Assembly: GCA_002269645.1 (NCBI GenBank)
Contig: NIVC01000330.1
Location: 248,001-312,000, forward strand
Source: Macrostomum lignano
Taxonomy: Eukaryota
Length of the DNA stretch: 64,000 nt
Reading direction: 5' to 3'
In this document: one piece after another, positions 37,301-52,804 of the stretch
Position numbering within the stretch: position 1 is the stretch's first letter
How the letters are laid out: every line of letters starts with the position of its first letter
The notes under the pieces: model-generated
What the model was told of the DNA's origin: nothing
Database searches by the model: none
Seen by the model: the letters and a program-made list of their open reading frames with translations, nothing else
Program-made: the position numbers and the translations under genes

Positions 37301-38047
37301 ACCAAAGATACTATAATAACTAGATGGACCACTCAGGCGTATAAACTTAGTAAAACAGCTTTCTACTTTCAGTTCAGTAGCAAAGAAGAATGCATAAGCT
37401 ATTTTAAAGAATAAAGGCTGCTGAAATGACTTTGACAAGTTTAGAAGCCCAAGCTTACAGGCGTAAACAGCTTGCTAATTGGTTCCGCAATAATGTACAT
37501 TAGCCAATCCACTGAAATGTACATGGCAGCTTTAGACTGGAATTCCGAGAAAGGCAATAAAAATTGGGGCGGGGCGGGGTAGTGTGGAAAGGCGCGGTTG
37601 GAGGGTTTAAGCTGGGGGCAAGAGCGAATAAATGATGAGCCTTGGCTTTAAAAGTATACTTCTGTTTAACTTACTACTGAACTGAAAGTAGCTTACACGC
37701 AAATGTGCTGAGTGGCCCGTCTAATATCTGTGCCCTACACCAGCTTAAACCCTCCAACCGCACCTTTCCACACTCCCCCCGCCCCGCCCCAATTTTTATT
37801 GCCTTTCTCGGAATTCCAGCCTAAAGCTGCCATGTACATTTCAGTGGACTGGCTAATGTACATTATTGCGGAACCAATTAGCAAGCTGTTTACGTCTGTA
37901 AGCTTGGGCTTCTAAACTTATCAGTCATTTCAGCTTTTTTATAAAATAGCTTATGTATTCTTCTTTGCTACTGAACTGAAAGTAGAAAGCTGTTTTACTA
38001 AGCATATATGCCTGACTGGCCCATCTAGTTATTTTAGTATCTGTGGT
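37301..38047. mobile_element. Long inverted repeat, ~310-bp arms with ~125-bp spacer (foldback/MITE-like)
   Basis: 37301-37615 is the reverse complement of 37740-38047 with scattered mismatches (e.g. gtttagaagcccaagcttac / gtaagcttgggcttctaaac). No clear TSD and no transposase. Confidence 0.7.
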
Positions 38048-38409
38048 CAAACCTGAACTTTTCTTGACTACGTACTAAATGCTCAGAATATGCGTCGTAG
38101 ATGCTACCTACGAGCTATTTAAACTCTGTCGCAGGAATGACTGGATTAGGGAATTTCTGGCAAAAAGCTCTATTTGCCAAAGTTGAGTAAACACAGTTAG
38201 AAATGAGTGCTGACTTTGCCTACCACTCAGGCACATCGACAGAGAGGTAAAAGGAGGACAGGATGGAGTGAATTCATTCGTTTTTCCGAACCATGCGCAA
38301 ATTGTAGACCAGCCTGTAGAATACGCATGCAACCACACTGGATTAATTCACTCTGAAAGAGGGTTGGCAGTGTAGCTGGTGGTTTTAATAGCTCGAACTT
38401 TGTGTCAAT

Positions 38410-39290
38410 AGTGTCTGTCAGTAGTGTTTGTTTGCGTCAGTAGTGTCTGTCAGTAGTGTTTGCATGTGTCAGTAGTGATTGTTTGTGTCAGTTGTGATTG
38501 TTTATGTCAGTAGTGTCTGTGTCAGTAGTGTCTGTGTCAGTAGTGTCTGTGTCAGTAGTGATTGCTTGTGTCAGTTGTGGTTGTTTGTGTCAGTAGTGTC
38601 TGTGTCAGTAGTGTCTGTGTCAGTAGTGTCTGTGTCAGTAGTGATTGCTTGTGTCAGTTGTGGTTGTTTGTGTCAGTAGTGTCTGTGTCAGTAGTGTCTG
38701 TGTCAGTAGTGTTTGTTTGTGTCAGTAGTGTTTATGTCAGTAGTGTCTGTGTCAGTAGTGTCTGTGTCAGTAGTGTTTGTTTGTGTCAGTAGTGTTTATG
38801 TCAGTAGTGTCTGTGTCAGTAGTGTTTATGTCAGTAGTGTCTGTGTCAGTAGTGTCTGTGTCAGTAGTGTTTGTGTCAGTAGTGTTTATGTCAGTAGTGT
38901 CTGTGTCAGTAGTGTCTGTGTCAGTAGTGTTTATGTCAGTAGTGTCTGTGTCAGTAGTGTCTGTGTCAGTAGTGTTTGTGTCAGTAGTGTTTGTGTCAGT
39001 AGTGTTTGTGTCAGTAGTGTTTGTGTCAGTAGTGTTTGTGTCAGTAGTGATTGTTTGTGTCAGTAGTGTTTGTGTCAGTAGTGATTGTTTGTGTCAGTAG
39101 TGATTGTTTGTGTCAGTTGTGATTGTTTGTGTCAGTAGTGATTGTTTGTGTCAGTTGTGATTGTTTGTGTCAGTAGTGTCTGTGTCAGTAGTGTTTGTGT
39201 CAGTAGTGTTTTGTTAGTAGTGTCTGTGTCAGTAGTGTTTGTGTCAGTAGTGTTTGTTTGTGTCATTAGTGTTTGTGTCAGTAGTATCTG
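38410..39290. repeat. 15-bp minisatellite (gtcagtagtgtYtgt)
   Basis: More than 50 degenerate copies. Confidence 0.95.
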
Positions 39291-40157
39291 TACCGGTGCG
39301 GGTCCCATACCCGCATGTAATAACCGGTGCAGCATGGGCACTCAGTCGAACTGAAATCCTACAGCAAAATGCGCGGGTTTCTATAGGCTTAAGGCAGTGG
39401 CGGTAGCGGGTTTTTTAAGTTTGAGCAACTTGAATAGGCCACTATTTACACTCTGGTGAGCAATCTACCATAGCAATCTTGATTCCAACTTGAGACTAAA
39501 GCGTTGAAACCCGAGTCCAAGTACTCAAACTGATACGCTTTCATAATGCATAGAGAACTGAACTCATCCTAGACTTCGTGGAATGGTTAAAAAAACAAAA
39601 AAGACTGAAGGCGGCGAGCCACAATGGCCAGATACACTTTCACCTGAAGAATTGCGAAGTAACTTTAATTCTTTTGGCAGCAGAAAAGATAGGGCGGCGG
39701 AAGCGAAAGCAATGCATGACTTGAAGCAAAAATTGCTATTGGCAAATTCCGGAAAAAAGCAGACTATAAGTTAGTAGAAAGTAAGGATTGAGGCAGAGCA
39801 GTACCAGCAAATTGTTATCTACCTGGTATCTCTGAGCATTAGCGCAGATTTTTCTACCGACTCAAAGAGGAACTGTTTTACTAGAAAAACTTTAATTAAT
39901 TTTTGCTATTTGCAACTAGACATGATATGATAATAATTACGACTTAGCTGTTCTGCCCCTGATATTGTTTATATACTCCACCAGGTTTTGAATGCTATCC
40001 TTGTAACTGTACAGATTATTGGCCCCGTTCTAAAAAAAAAAAATCAAAGTATATTAGGAAAAGGACTTTTTATACAGCATCGGCTGCCACGCATTTAAAG
40101 GCGGCAAAGAAGCAGACTGAAGAAAATGGGTTCAGAAGCGAAAACTACAAAAGCGGC

Positions 40158-40448
40158 ATCAGGAGCAGCGACATCAGGAGCAGCGACATCAGGAGCAGCG
40201 ACATCAGGAGCAGCGACATCAGGAGCAGCGACATCAGGAGCAGCGACATCAGGAGCAGCGACATCAGGAGCAGCGACATCAGGAGCAGCGACATCAGGAG
40301 CAGCGACATCAGGAGCAGCGACATCAGGAGCAGCGACATCAGGAGCAGCGACATCAGGAGCAGCGACATCAGGAGCAGCGACATCAGGAGCAGCGACATC
40401 AAGAGCAGCGACATCAGGAGCAGCGACATCAGGAGCAGCGACATTAGG
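40158..40448. repeat. 15-bp repeat (catcaggagcagcga) just downstream of the IPMK stop codon
   Basis: About 19 near-perfect copies. Confidence 0.95.
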
Positions 40449-40476
40449 AGCACTTCCGGTATACAAGGACTGAAAG

Positions 40477-41574
40477 TCAAGCTGTGGTCCCGCTAAGATC
40501 GGCAGCGGCCCGCTTGAAGTAGGCGATAAGCCTGGCCAGGCCGGCACGGTAGTTCTCATCTGTGCCGCCGCCTGCATCTGTGGAAGTGGCTTCATCGCCG
40601 CTGACTTTTTCTGACGATGCATCGGCTCGGCACCGGTGCACGTGAGCGAAATCAACAGCTCGGACCACTACAGCGAAACCGGAGCAGTCAGAATCTTCCT
40701 GCGGCTGCTGCACAGGCGCCGCCTCGTAGGCGATGAGCAGCGAGCTGGCGTAGAACCGGAAGGACCGCTGCACGGCGAACCAGGCGTCCAGCTGCTCCAG
40801 TCTGGCGGCCACTGCGGAGGCCACGGCGCCGGCTCGGCCAGGAGACCCAGCCGCGGCCAGGAACGGCAGGAAGCCCTTGCTGTACACGGCCTCAGCATCC
40901 AGGGAGCGGCCGTGCAAGATGGAGTAGACTCGAGGCTCCGATCGGCCTATCAGCGGCACCCGGAAGCCCGTGATGACGAAGCCCAGCTGGCCCCGGTGCG
41001 TGTACATCGCCCGCTGCAGCAGCCGCTTGGAGGCCGGGGCGCCCGGCGGGGCTGACAGGCCGCCCATCTTGCAGTCCATCACGCACGGTCTGCGAAGGTG
41101 CTTCAAGGCGTCGCCGAGTCCCAGGTACAGCTGCCCGCCTCCCTGCCGACATCTGTACAGCCCGAGGAAGTCGGCAAGGAACGGCCGCAGTCCCTCCAAC
41201 ACTGGCGAGTCGGCATTGCTGCCGGCGGCGGCCGCCGCTCGATAGAAGGCCACCTCGCGAGGTCCCTTTGGCGGCCGCTGCACCGGCTTGTACAGATCGC
41301 CGGACTGGCCGGACAGAATCGGCGACTTCCGCCAGAACAGCAGGCCCTTGCCGCCCACCTGGTGCGAGTACTCGGTCAGGCCTGCTGGCAGGTCCTGCAC
41401 CTCCGGCTGCTGCCGCTTCTGCTGTTCGTCATCCTCTTGGACATCAAAAACTGCCGTCGTCTCCGCCAGCTCCCGCTGCTGACTGTTCTCGCAGCAGCCG
41501 CTGCTGGCGGCCTTCCACCGGGTAGCAATGGGGACGGCGCTGCTGGCGGACGCAGCCGGTTGAATGGCAACGGT
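40477..41574 (-). CDS. IPMK: Inositol polyphosphate multikinase (IPK2/Arg82 family), main exon
   Basis: Motifs SHQVGG, PPKGPREVAFY, PCVMDCKMG (PxxxDxKxG), FYASSLL, VDFAH and DENYRAGLARLI. The frame stays open to an acceptor (tttcctcaacag) at 41575, giving 1098 nt. PRE..FY and FYASSLL favour IPMK over IP6K. Confidence 0.88.
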   Translation of the reverse strand, partial: TVAIQPAASASSAVPIATRWKAASSGCCENSQQRELAETTAVFDVQEDDEQQKRQQPEVQDLPAGLTEYSHQVGGKGLLFWRKSPILSGQSGDLYKPVQRPPKGPREVAFYRAAAAAGSNADSPVLEGLRPFLADFLGLYRCRQGGGQLYLGLGDALKHLRRPCVMDCKMGGLSAPPGAPASKRLLQRAMYTHRGQLGFVITGFRVPLIGRSEPRVYSILHGRSLDAEAVYSKGFLPFLAAAGSPGRAGAVASAVAARLEQLDAWFAVQRSFRFYASSLLIAYEAAPVQQPQEDSDCSGFAVVVRAVDFAHVHRCRADASSEKVSGDEATSTDAGGGTDENYRAGLARLIAYFKRAAADLSGTTA

Positions 41575-41638
41575 CTGTTGAGGAAATCGCCTTCACAATT
41601 AAGTGTCTCTCCGGTCAGGCAGGATGCCGCGCTGTGAC

Positions 41639-41800
41639 CTTCTGCGGCTGAGGAAGTTTCTTTGTCAGTTTTTTGTTTGCCCCCCCCCCCTTAAGTTGCG
41701 CTGTCTCAGTGAATTTATGCGTCTGCGAGAGCGGCTCTTCCTGCTCCTCTTGCTGGCATTCGCTCCCGGCTTTGCTGCCTGCCTGTCCATTGCTTTGCAT
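41639..41800 (-). CDS. IPMK: Candidate first coding exon of IPMK (MQSNGQAGSK...KLPQPQK)
   Basis: ATG at 41800; a phase-0 donor (weak, gtcaca) gives a 64-nt intron with a cttaat branch site. An alternative first exon at 41838-41921 (donor gtgagg) is also in phase. Confidence 0.4.
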
Positions 41801-41913
41801 TGCTTCCGTATTGCCCCGCTCTGTCCCGCCGCCTCACCCTCCCACCCCAGCTCCACTGCCTGCCTGTCTCATACTTTCCAACAGAGCTTCTCTCTCGCCC
41901 TCCTCCAGCAGGT

Positions 41914-41927
41914 GTTGCCATGGCAAC
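41914..41927. promoter_or_regulatory. Perfect palindromic RFX X-box (GTTGCCATGGCAAC)
   Basis: Exact match to the X-box consensus, 114 nt upstream of the candidate IPMK ATG. Confidence 0.55.
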
Positions 41928-42849
41928 CCGGGGGTCCTGAGGGTAGGCTACCGTAGGAGCAGATGGGACAGAGGGAGAGGTGGGGTTGAGAGACGGGAGA
42001 ATGGGATTAGAGGTAGTCTATTGTGCTTTGGTTTTTCCCCACCACCCCCATGCCCCAGGGTTCCCCTCACTGTTGGCCCTCCAGAGCAGAACCGGAGAGG
42101 AGTGGGGGTGGCTGCTTCCTGTGGTTGGGAAATAAATCCCATTGAACGTCTGCAATGCGGTGCAATAAAAATACCAGTTGCTCTGGGAGAAATCCATAAA
42201 CTGGGGGTGGAGTGGGTGAAAAAAAGCAGACCAAAGAGAATCCTCATGCCAGTCCCGCTGACTATCAGCCAGGCTCTTGAGCACACTTGAGTAGGGAATA
42301 AAGTTAATGTTCATTTGTATCTACAGATTGTATTGGCGTTCAGATCGATTGAGCAAATTTTCTGCAAGAAGTGCTTTTTTGTTAAAACTTTGTCAGGGAT
42401 AGCGAAAAAAATCGATATAAGGCTTCCAGATAACAGCTGCAGTGCCAACTGCAGAATATGCAAATGTCAGGTAGTTTTTTAAAGCAATTCTTCCCCAATG
42501 TAGCCATCTGCTGGAGAAGCAATTGCCTATTGTAGGGTTGTTGTAGGGTTGCCACGTGATATTTTTCTGCATATGGCCTCACACTTTCCCTGCTGCCACC
42601 TCAGAGCTGCCATCATCCTGTCTCGTAGTGCACAGGTGAACTTTTGCCAGCCAAAAATTCTCAGGCGCTGGGGCTGGGGCATTGCGTGGGTTGGTATTGA
42701 ATATTAGCAACCTCAAAAATTAATTCCATTAAGTTGTTTTCAAATAATATTGCCTTTTTTCAAATGAACATCTGTTGACACTTTGCACTATAAAAATTAA
42801 CAATAGATTCAAGAGTTCACTAAATCAATTCTTTATGTTGAAGTCGGCG

Positions 42850-43990
42850 CAATTCACAAGTTTTGAAGATGGCACCATACACAAGTTTTGAGGTCAACGC
42901 CATTCACAGGTTTTGAAGATGGCACCATTCACAAGTTGTGAAAATGGCACCATTCACAAATTGTGAAAATGGCACCATTCACAAGTTTTGAAGATGGCAC
43001 CATTCACAAGTTTTGAAAATGGCACCATTCACAATTTGTGAAAATGGCACCATTCACAAGTTTTGAGGTCCACGCCATTCACAAGTTTTGAAAATGGTAC
43101 CATTCACAAGTTGTGAAAATGGCACCATTCACAAGTTTTGAGGTCAACGCCATTCACAAGTTTTGAAGATGGCACCATTCACAAGTTTTGAAGATGGCAC
43201 CATTCACAATTTTTGAAGATGGCACCATTCACAAATTTTGAAGATGGCACCATTCACAAGTTTTGAAGATGGCACCATTCACAAGTTTTGAAGATGGCAC
43301 CATTCACAAGTTTTGAAGATGGCATCATTCACAAGTTTTGAAGATGGCACCATTCACAAGTTTTGAAGATGGCACCATTCACAAGTTTTGAAGATGGCAC
43401 CATTCACAAGTTTTGAAGATGGCACCATTCACAAGTTTTGAAGATGGCACCATTCACAAGTTTTGAAGATGGCACCATTCACAAGTTTTGAAGATGGCAC
43501 CATTCACAAGTTGTGAAGATGGCACCATTCACAAGTTTTGAAGATGGCACCATTCACAAGTTGTGAAGCCGGTGCCACCCACAAGTTTTGAAGATGGCAC
43601 CATTCACAAGTTGTGAAGATGGCACCATTCACAAGTTTTGAAGATGACACCATTCACAAGTTGTGAAGATGGCACCATTCACAAGTTTTGAAGATGGCAC
43701 CATTCACAAGTTGTGAAGATGGCACCATTCACAAGTTGTGAAGATGGCACCATTCACAAGTTGTGAAGATGGCACCATTCACAAGTTTTGAAGATGGCAC
43801 CATTCACAAGTTTTGAAGATGGCACCATTCACAAGTTGTGAAGATGGCACCATTCACAAGTTTTGAAGATGGCACCATTCACAAGTTGTGAAGATGGCAC
43901 CATTCACAAGTTTTGAAGATGGCACCATTCACAAGTTTTGAAGATGGCACCATTCACAAGTTGTGAAGCCGGTGCCACCCACAAGTTTTG
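42850..43990. repeat. 25-bp minisatellite (ggcaccattcacaagttttgaagat)
   Basis: About 45 copies. Confidence 0.95.
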
Positions 43991-44649
43991 ATCTTCCTGT
44001 CTCTGAATTTGCAGTGCATTACCGCAATAAAAAAATCGATACACTCTACTAGGCAAGCAATAGCGTCAGTAGTCACTATAGAGCATAAATCTAATCTATT
44101 AGATGCCGCGTTGGGAATTCCTGGAAATCAGAAAAATAATTGGATTTGAAGCAAAAATATTGACTTCATTTCGAGAAATATGAAGAAGAGCCCCGAGGGA
44201 GATTTCTCCTGAAAAAAATTGCATTTGCGAAAATTTGGAGGAAAGCTGAGCAGACTACTCATTCGCTTTGCGACAAAGACGTCATCAATTCTAAGTGGGA
44301 AGATTCTAAACTTTGTCAAAAATTCCGAGTTTCAATTTGTACTTGTCGGCCATGGCTTTGACCGAATGGGGAACGGGGCTGATCGATGAGGCGCTGAGGC
44401 TGAGACGCTCTGCGACTCTTTTAGATTGCTGCAAAAACTTGCAGTAAGAAATATTTTTGCTTCAAGCCACCGGAACTTTTTTCACGTAAAGAGCGGAAAC
44501 TGATGATTGATGCCCGTAGCAGTTATTAATTAGGGAGAAAAACTCAAGGAGAAAACCTGCCAAAAGTGGAGAATTGACAGCTTTGCCGGCCTTCGATCTG
44601 ACAGACACCGCAATTGCAGTTTTGTGAATGCGGGAGAAGCTTTGTGCCG

Positions 44650-46017
<1,368 letters not shown>

Positions 46018-46677
46018 GTTGCAATCGCCTTTTCTGTCAAAACATCTGTTTTCATAATTTCACGTTGCCCATTGCTGTTTGTTTTTGAGCAGAAAAAACT
46101 GCCTCAGATGGTCATTTAATCCCGGAATCAGATGCCGCCCCAAACCCCTGCTTAATCAGGAAGTGAAGCCGTGGGCTCATCCGTGAAACTGAATTTTTAA
46201 GTTTTCAACAGTGGCCACACAGCTTGCCGACTTTCACATTTTTGTTCGATGATAAATTTGTTTTCAAAGTGGAATATAAATGAGAATACTCTGAAGGTCA
46301 ACTCTTCAGACTTCTGTTCTCCCGCCTGGCTTGCCGTATCCCGCAGCGGCAGTTGGGAATATCTGAGAGCCGCCGGGGCACTTTCCAGCGAATCAAATTG
46401 GTGCAGAAAGGCAACGGAGAGCCTGACATCGGGATGAAGAGAGATGGGAGGTTGGGAGAGAGCGGGGAAAGCAGCAGATCTTCGAATCCCCTGCTTTTCC
46501 TGAATGCGTGCTCATCGCCTTTCTTGCCCCGGCTCCAAGTTTCAGCAGCCAGAGATGATCGGCCTGTTTGCCTCCGGCCCGCAGCGCAGGGCAGCGCGAG
46601 CAGAGAAGGCAAACCGGAGGGATCAATTCCTCAACTTTACTCTGGGTGGTCCTGGGATGCGTGCTTATTCACTTGGA

Positions 46678-47573
<896 letters not shown>

Positions 47574-47884
47574 TATAAAATCCTCATGTATGCGACCTCC
47601 TTGACCTGAATTCCATGAGAATATCTGCTCCTGGTCCGTGCCACTCTGTGCCCAATTCGATTAGTGGTTGGCTCGAAGAGTTACTTCACTATGCGAACTT
47701 TATCTTATTTTTTTCCAGCGGAAACTTTGATGGGATTGGGAAGGAGAGAGAAGTACACCAGGGGATGCAGACGGCTCCTCTGGTGGTGGTGAATTATTTA
47801 GCATTTCGCAGCTGCAACGACTTGGACTATGCATCAAATTTTGATGCCCAGATGCTCGGTGTTTTGAGGCTGTAATTTTCCCGT

Positions 47885-48032
47885 TGCCTATAGTCCTTGC
47901 GCCCAATGATTCCCCTGTTCCCTATAGTCATCGCCCAATGATTCCCTAGTTCCCTATAGTCACCGCCCTGTGATTCCCAATTCCCTATAGTCACCGCCCT
48001 GTGATTCCCCAGTTCCCTATAGTCATCGCCCA
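47885..48032. repeat. Short ~31-bp repeat x~5 (atgattccctagttccctatagtcatcgccc)
   Basis: Direct reading. Confidence 0.75.
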
Positions 48033-48313
48033 GACCTGAGCATCCTACAGACCTGACATTTCAATTAGCGGTCTCGGCATGGCGCACACGTTCTTGACCG
48101 ACAAAAACTTTATTTTTTACAACCCCAGCCCGATATCAGCATCCAGTAAAACTTCCTGACTGCTAAATGGCAGTTGAAATTTCCTCAATTCCTCAATGCC
48201 ATATCCGGCGATTCGTCATGAAGAGTCCCTTTTTAGTCTGACAGCTTCCATTTGCCCGAATGGGCAGGCGAATCAAGATTGCACTTTAAGCGCATTGCGA
48301 GAAATGTCTGACG

Positions 48314-48828
<515 letters not shown>

Positions 48829-49371
48829 GACTGATTTGCGGCAGCCCCCAAAGGCCCCTTCAAAGCATAAAAAGACAACTGGGGGAAAAGCCGCCAGTCC
48901 AGCTTCTTGTTCAAGGCGTCCCTGCCTCATCCTGCCTGGGCTTCGGTATCTTTTTATCTTCCCTTCACCGGCTATGAACAGCAGTCACAGGCAGAATTCC
49001 TCTGACTGAGCGGCATGGGAGAATGCTGTGATGTACAAAACAAAGCCCAGGGTTATATTTAGCATTCTATTCATGAGAATTCAATAACCGCTGCCTGCTT
49101 TGCGGATGTTGCCTTTTGATTGAAGATTAAAGCCTGTATTATCATACTTTACTCCAGCTCTGAGCAGTTTTATTGTTCAAGAATTCGTTCAACTGCAGAT
49201 TATTTGTTGTCGAGTTTCATTGACTGCCTCTCGATCTTTGCCTCCTGGCGAGGTAAAATGTAGAGTAAAAGTCGCTTAAAAGGCACCGTCTTTTTGTCAG
49301 TTTTGTGAAAATGAGATACTTTTCTCTGACTTCTATGCATCTCAATCATACCTTTCCTGTGTCACTTTCTA

Positions 49372-50383
49372 CCGCTCCTCCCTCTACCACAACACTGCAC
49401 CCCTATCTACTCCTGTAGCTCCTCCCTCTACCACAACACTGCACCCCTATCTACTCCTGTAGCTCCTCCCTCTACCACAACACTGCACCCCTATCTACTC
49501 CTGTAGCTCCTCCCTCTACCACAACACTGCACCCCTATCTACTCCTGTAGCTCCTCCCTCTACCACAACACTGCACCCCTATCTACTCCTGTAGCTCCTC
49601 CCTCTACCACAACACTGCACCCCTATCTACTCCTGTAGCTCCTCACCCCTATCTACTCCTGTAGCTCCTCCCTCTACCACAACACTGCACCCTTATCTAC
49701 TCCTGTAGCTCCTCCCTCTACCACAACACTGCACCCTTATCTACTCCTGTAGCTCCTCCCTCTACCACAACACTGCACCCCTATCTACTCCTGTAGCTCC
49801 TCCCTCTACCACAACACTGCACCCTTATCTACTCCTGTAGCTCCTCCCTCTACCACAACACTGCACCCCTATCTACTCCTGTAGCTCCTCCCTCTACCAC
49901 AACACTGCACCCTTATCTACTCCTGTAGCTCCTCCCTCTACCACAACACTGCACCCTATCTACTCCTGTAGCTCCTCCCTCTACCACAACACTGCACCCC
50001 TATCTACTCCTGTAGCTCCTCCCTCTACCACAACACTGCACCCCTATCTACTCCTGTAGCTCCTCCCTCTACCACAACACTGCACCCCTATCTACTCCTG
50101 TAGCTCCTCCCTCTACCACAACACTGCACCCCTATCTACTCCTGTAGCTCCTCCCTCTACCACAACACTGCACCCCTATCTACTCCTGCAGCTCCTCCTT
50201 CTACCACTACACTTCACCCCTATCTACTCCTGCAGCTCCTCCCTCTACCACTACACTTCACCCCTATCTACTCCTGTAGCTCCTCCCTCTACAACAACAC
50301 TGCACCCCTATCTACTTCTGCAGCTCCTCCCTCTACCACAACACTGCACCCCTATCTACTCCTGCAGCTCCTCCTTCTACCAC
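49372..50383. repeat. 44-bp minisatellite (ctcctccctctaccacaacactgcacccctatctactcctgtag)
   Basis: About 23 copies. Confidence 0.95.
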
Positions 50384-50874
50384 AGTTACCTCCATTTTAA
50401 CCAATGATCTCATATCCCTGTTTTTTAATAGTTCACGCCGTGAGAACCAACCCGAAACCCTCTCAGCTACCCCCCGGTCCGCCATTGGTCAGTGAGTGGA
50501 TTGGCTTTAAAGGCAGATTTAGACGCTTGGATGAAGCATTTCGGCTTCGACACAATCAGCTGCAACGCTTCACCAAGATTCGCTTAAAGGACTCTGACAA
50601 AATCAATAAAGTCTTAGACGCGCCAGAAATGCGACGAAGCATTTTAGGATTCTGGCTCTGCGCCCAGCTGCTTCATCAGCTCTGCGGAGTCTGCTTGGTG
50701 AGGCCGCGCAGATCTGTGGTGTTGAAATCCGATTCAGTTTAGAAGAGTGATCTTTGTATTCCCAAATTTTATATTCCTGCCAACTTATCTTCTCCTAGCC
50801 ACCTCAGGTACTCAGATTTTCGATCCTTGCTGCTATCGGCGCATTTGTTTAAAACTTCTCTCCTTTAGCCTGCT

Positions 50875-51585
50875 GTCTCTCCCATCCGCTCTCTACCTCT
50901 CCCACCCGCTCCCTCCTCTCCCATCCGCTCTCTCTCTCTCCCACCCGCTCTCTCCCTCTCACATCCGCTCCCTCCTCTCCCATCCGCTCTCTCCCTCACC
51001 CTCCCGCTCCCTCCTCTCCCATCCGCTCTCTCCCTCTCACATCCGCTCCCTCCTCTCCCATCCGCTCTCTACCTCCCATTCGCTCCCTCCTCTCCCATCC
51101 GCTCCTCCTCTCCCATCCGCTCCCTCCTCTCCCATCCGCTCCCTCCTCTCCCATCCGCTCCCTCCTCTCCCATCCGCTCCCTCCTCTCCCATCCGCTCCC
51201 TCCTCTCCCATTTGCTCCCTCCTCTCCCATTTGCTCCCTCCTCTCCCATTTGCTCCCTCCCCTCCCATCCGCTCTCTCCCTCTTCCAACCGTTCCCTCCT
51301 CTCCCATCCGCTCTCTTCCTCTCCCATTTGCTCCCTCATCTCCCAGCTTCTCCCTCCTCTCCCATCCGCTCTCTCCTCTCCCATCCGCTCTCTCCTTTTC
51401 CATCCGCTCTCTCCCTCTTCCACCCGCTCCCTCCTCTCCCATCCGCTCTCTCCTCTCCCATCCGTTCTCTCCTTTCTCATCCGCTCTCTCCCTCTTCCAC
51501 CCGCTCCCTCCTCTCTCATCCGCTCCCTGCTCTCCAAATCGCCCTCTCCCTCTCCCATCCGCCCTCTCCCTCTCCCATCCTACCT
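50875..51585. repeat. Pyrimidine-rich ~19-bp degenerate repeat (ctctcccatccgctccctc)
   Basis: Direct reading. Confidence 0.9.
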
Positions 51586-51954
51586 TCTCCCTTCTACGAG
51601 CTACTACGAGCGTATAAAGCATGCAGCACCTCGCGTCTTTTACTGCAAGTTTCCTTTTCCGCCGATATTTTCCCGCTAATGTCAGCGAGCCACAGCAGTT
51701 ATCTAAGATTTTAAGCTTAGCTGGCTAGGGTTACAAAGCAGGCTGCCTGAGTTTACTGTCAGTGTTTGATTAGCCAAACTGATGAACTCAAAAAGAAATA
51801 CGGCACAGCACGAACAGAGCTACGAGCTAGTTGGGTCTTTGACTGAAATTTGAGTCAAAAATTGTTTGAGGTTCCTCAATAGCATCCTGTTTTTGTCGAG
51901 CTGTTTTTGGTTAAGTGTCTTCCTACCTTTGCCAAATAAGATACCCAAAGACTA

Positions 51955-52310
51955 ATTGATAATCCATTCTCATGGATTAACAGCATCGATAATCCATTCT
52001 CATGGATTAACAACATCGATAATCCATTCTCATGGATTAACAACATCGATAATCCATTATTCCTCATTTATTAACAACACCGACAATCCATCATTCCTCA
52101 CAGATTAATAACATCGATAATCCATTATTTCTCATAGATTAACAACATCGATAATCCATTATTTCTCATAGATTAACAACATCGACAATCCATCATTCCT
52201 CACAGATTAATAACATCGATAATCCATTATTTCTCATAGATTAACAACATCGATAATCCATTATTTCTCATAGATTAACAACATCGATAATCCATTATCC
52301 TCATAGATTA
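51955..52310. repeat. ~33-bp AT-rich repeat (catcgataatccattatttctcatagattaacaa)
   Basis: About 11 copies. Confidence 0.9.
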
Positions 52311-52804
52311 CCAGGATGTATTATTAATCATATTTACAATGCTCCCAACTTTCCATTCACCGCTCATATAGGATGCACGAAGTTGAAATGATTATCATTT
52401 TTCGTGATGAACTCTTTGTCTCTTTGCCTGCCAATATTAACTCACAATGTTAATCTGACATGTAGCCTCTCCTGGGGTCTTCGACCCCTCTCGGGCACCC
52501 CACACTGACACAGCCCTCCCCGATCCTCGCTGCTGCCTTCCCCGCCTCCACATCCTTGAAGAAGCGACGGTTATCAGTTCCACCTTAGCCGGAAGTGCGG
52601 AGTTCTTGACCGGCACGGCAGACACCTGCGGCTGTTCGCCCAATTGAGACGTTCAAGGCTACCGGGATTTTTCCGGAAAAAATTATACCTTTGCAAAATG
52701 AAAGATGTTAGTGTACCGTTGAAAGCGATAGCCTAAATTGGAGACATTTGTGTGAGAACAACGTGACAATGTGCGAGAGACAGTCAGTCTGCTTTGAGGC
52801 GTGT

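Noticed and set aside
39291-39345. GC hairpin (accggt gcggg...cccgc...accggt) as a Helitron 3' end
   Set aside because: No CTRR terminus follows and no 5' TC end was found.
39583-39774. 63-aa Lys-rich ORF
   Set aside because: Short, with no motif and no splice support.
40095-40655. AAPDV-repeat ORF overlapping the IPMK 3' end
   Set aside because: An alternative frame across a 15-bp array in the presumed 3' UTR.
46290-46440. Possible third ectodomain exon (FCSPAW...SGSW...SNWC)
   Set aside because: Lacks the FD/WD, CWP and CP motifs, has the wrong Cys spacing, and ends in a stop.
47715-47800. NFDGIG after an acceptor-like ttttccag, resembling the HRM FDG motif
   Set aside because: No following CW and no other cysteines in register.
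52437-52643. Minus-strand exon-like segment with a gtgagt donor
   Set aside because: No partner exons or recognisable protein.
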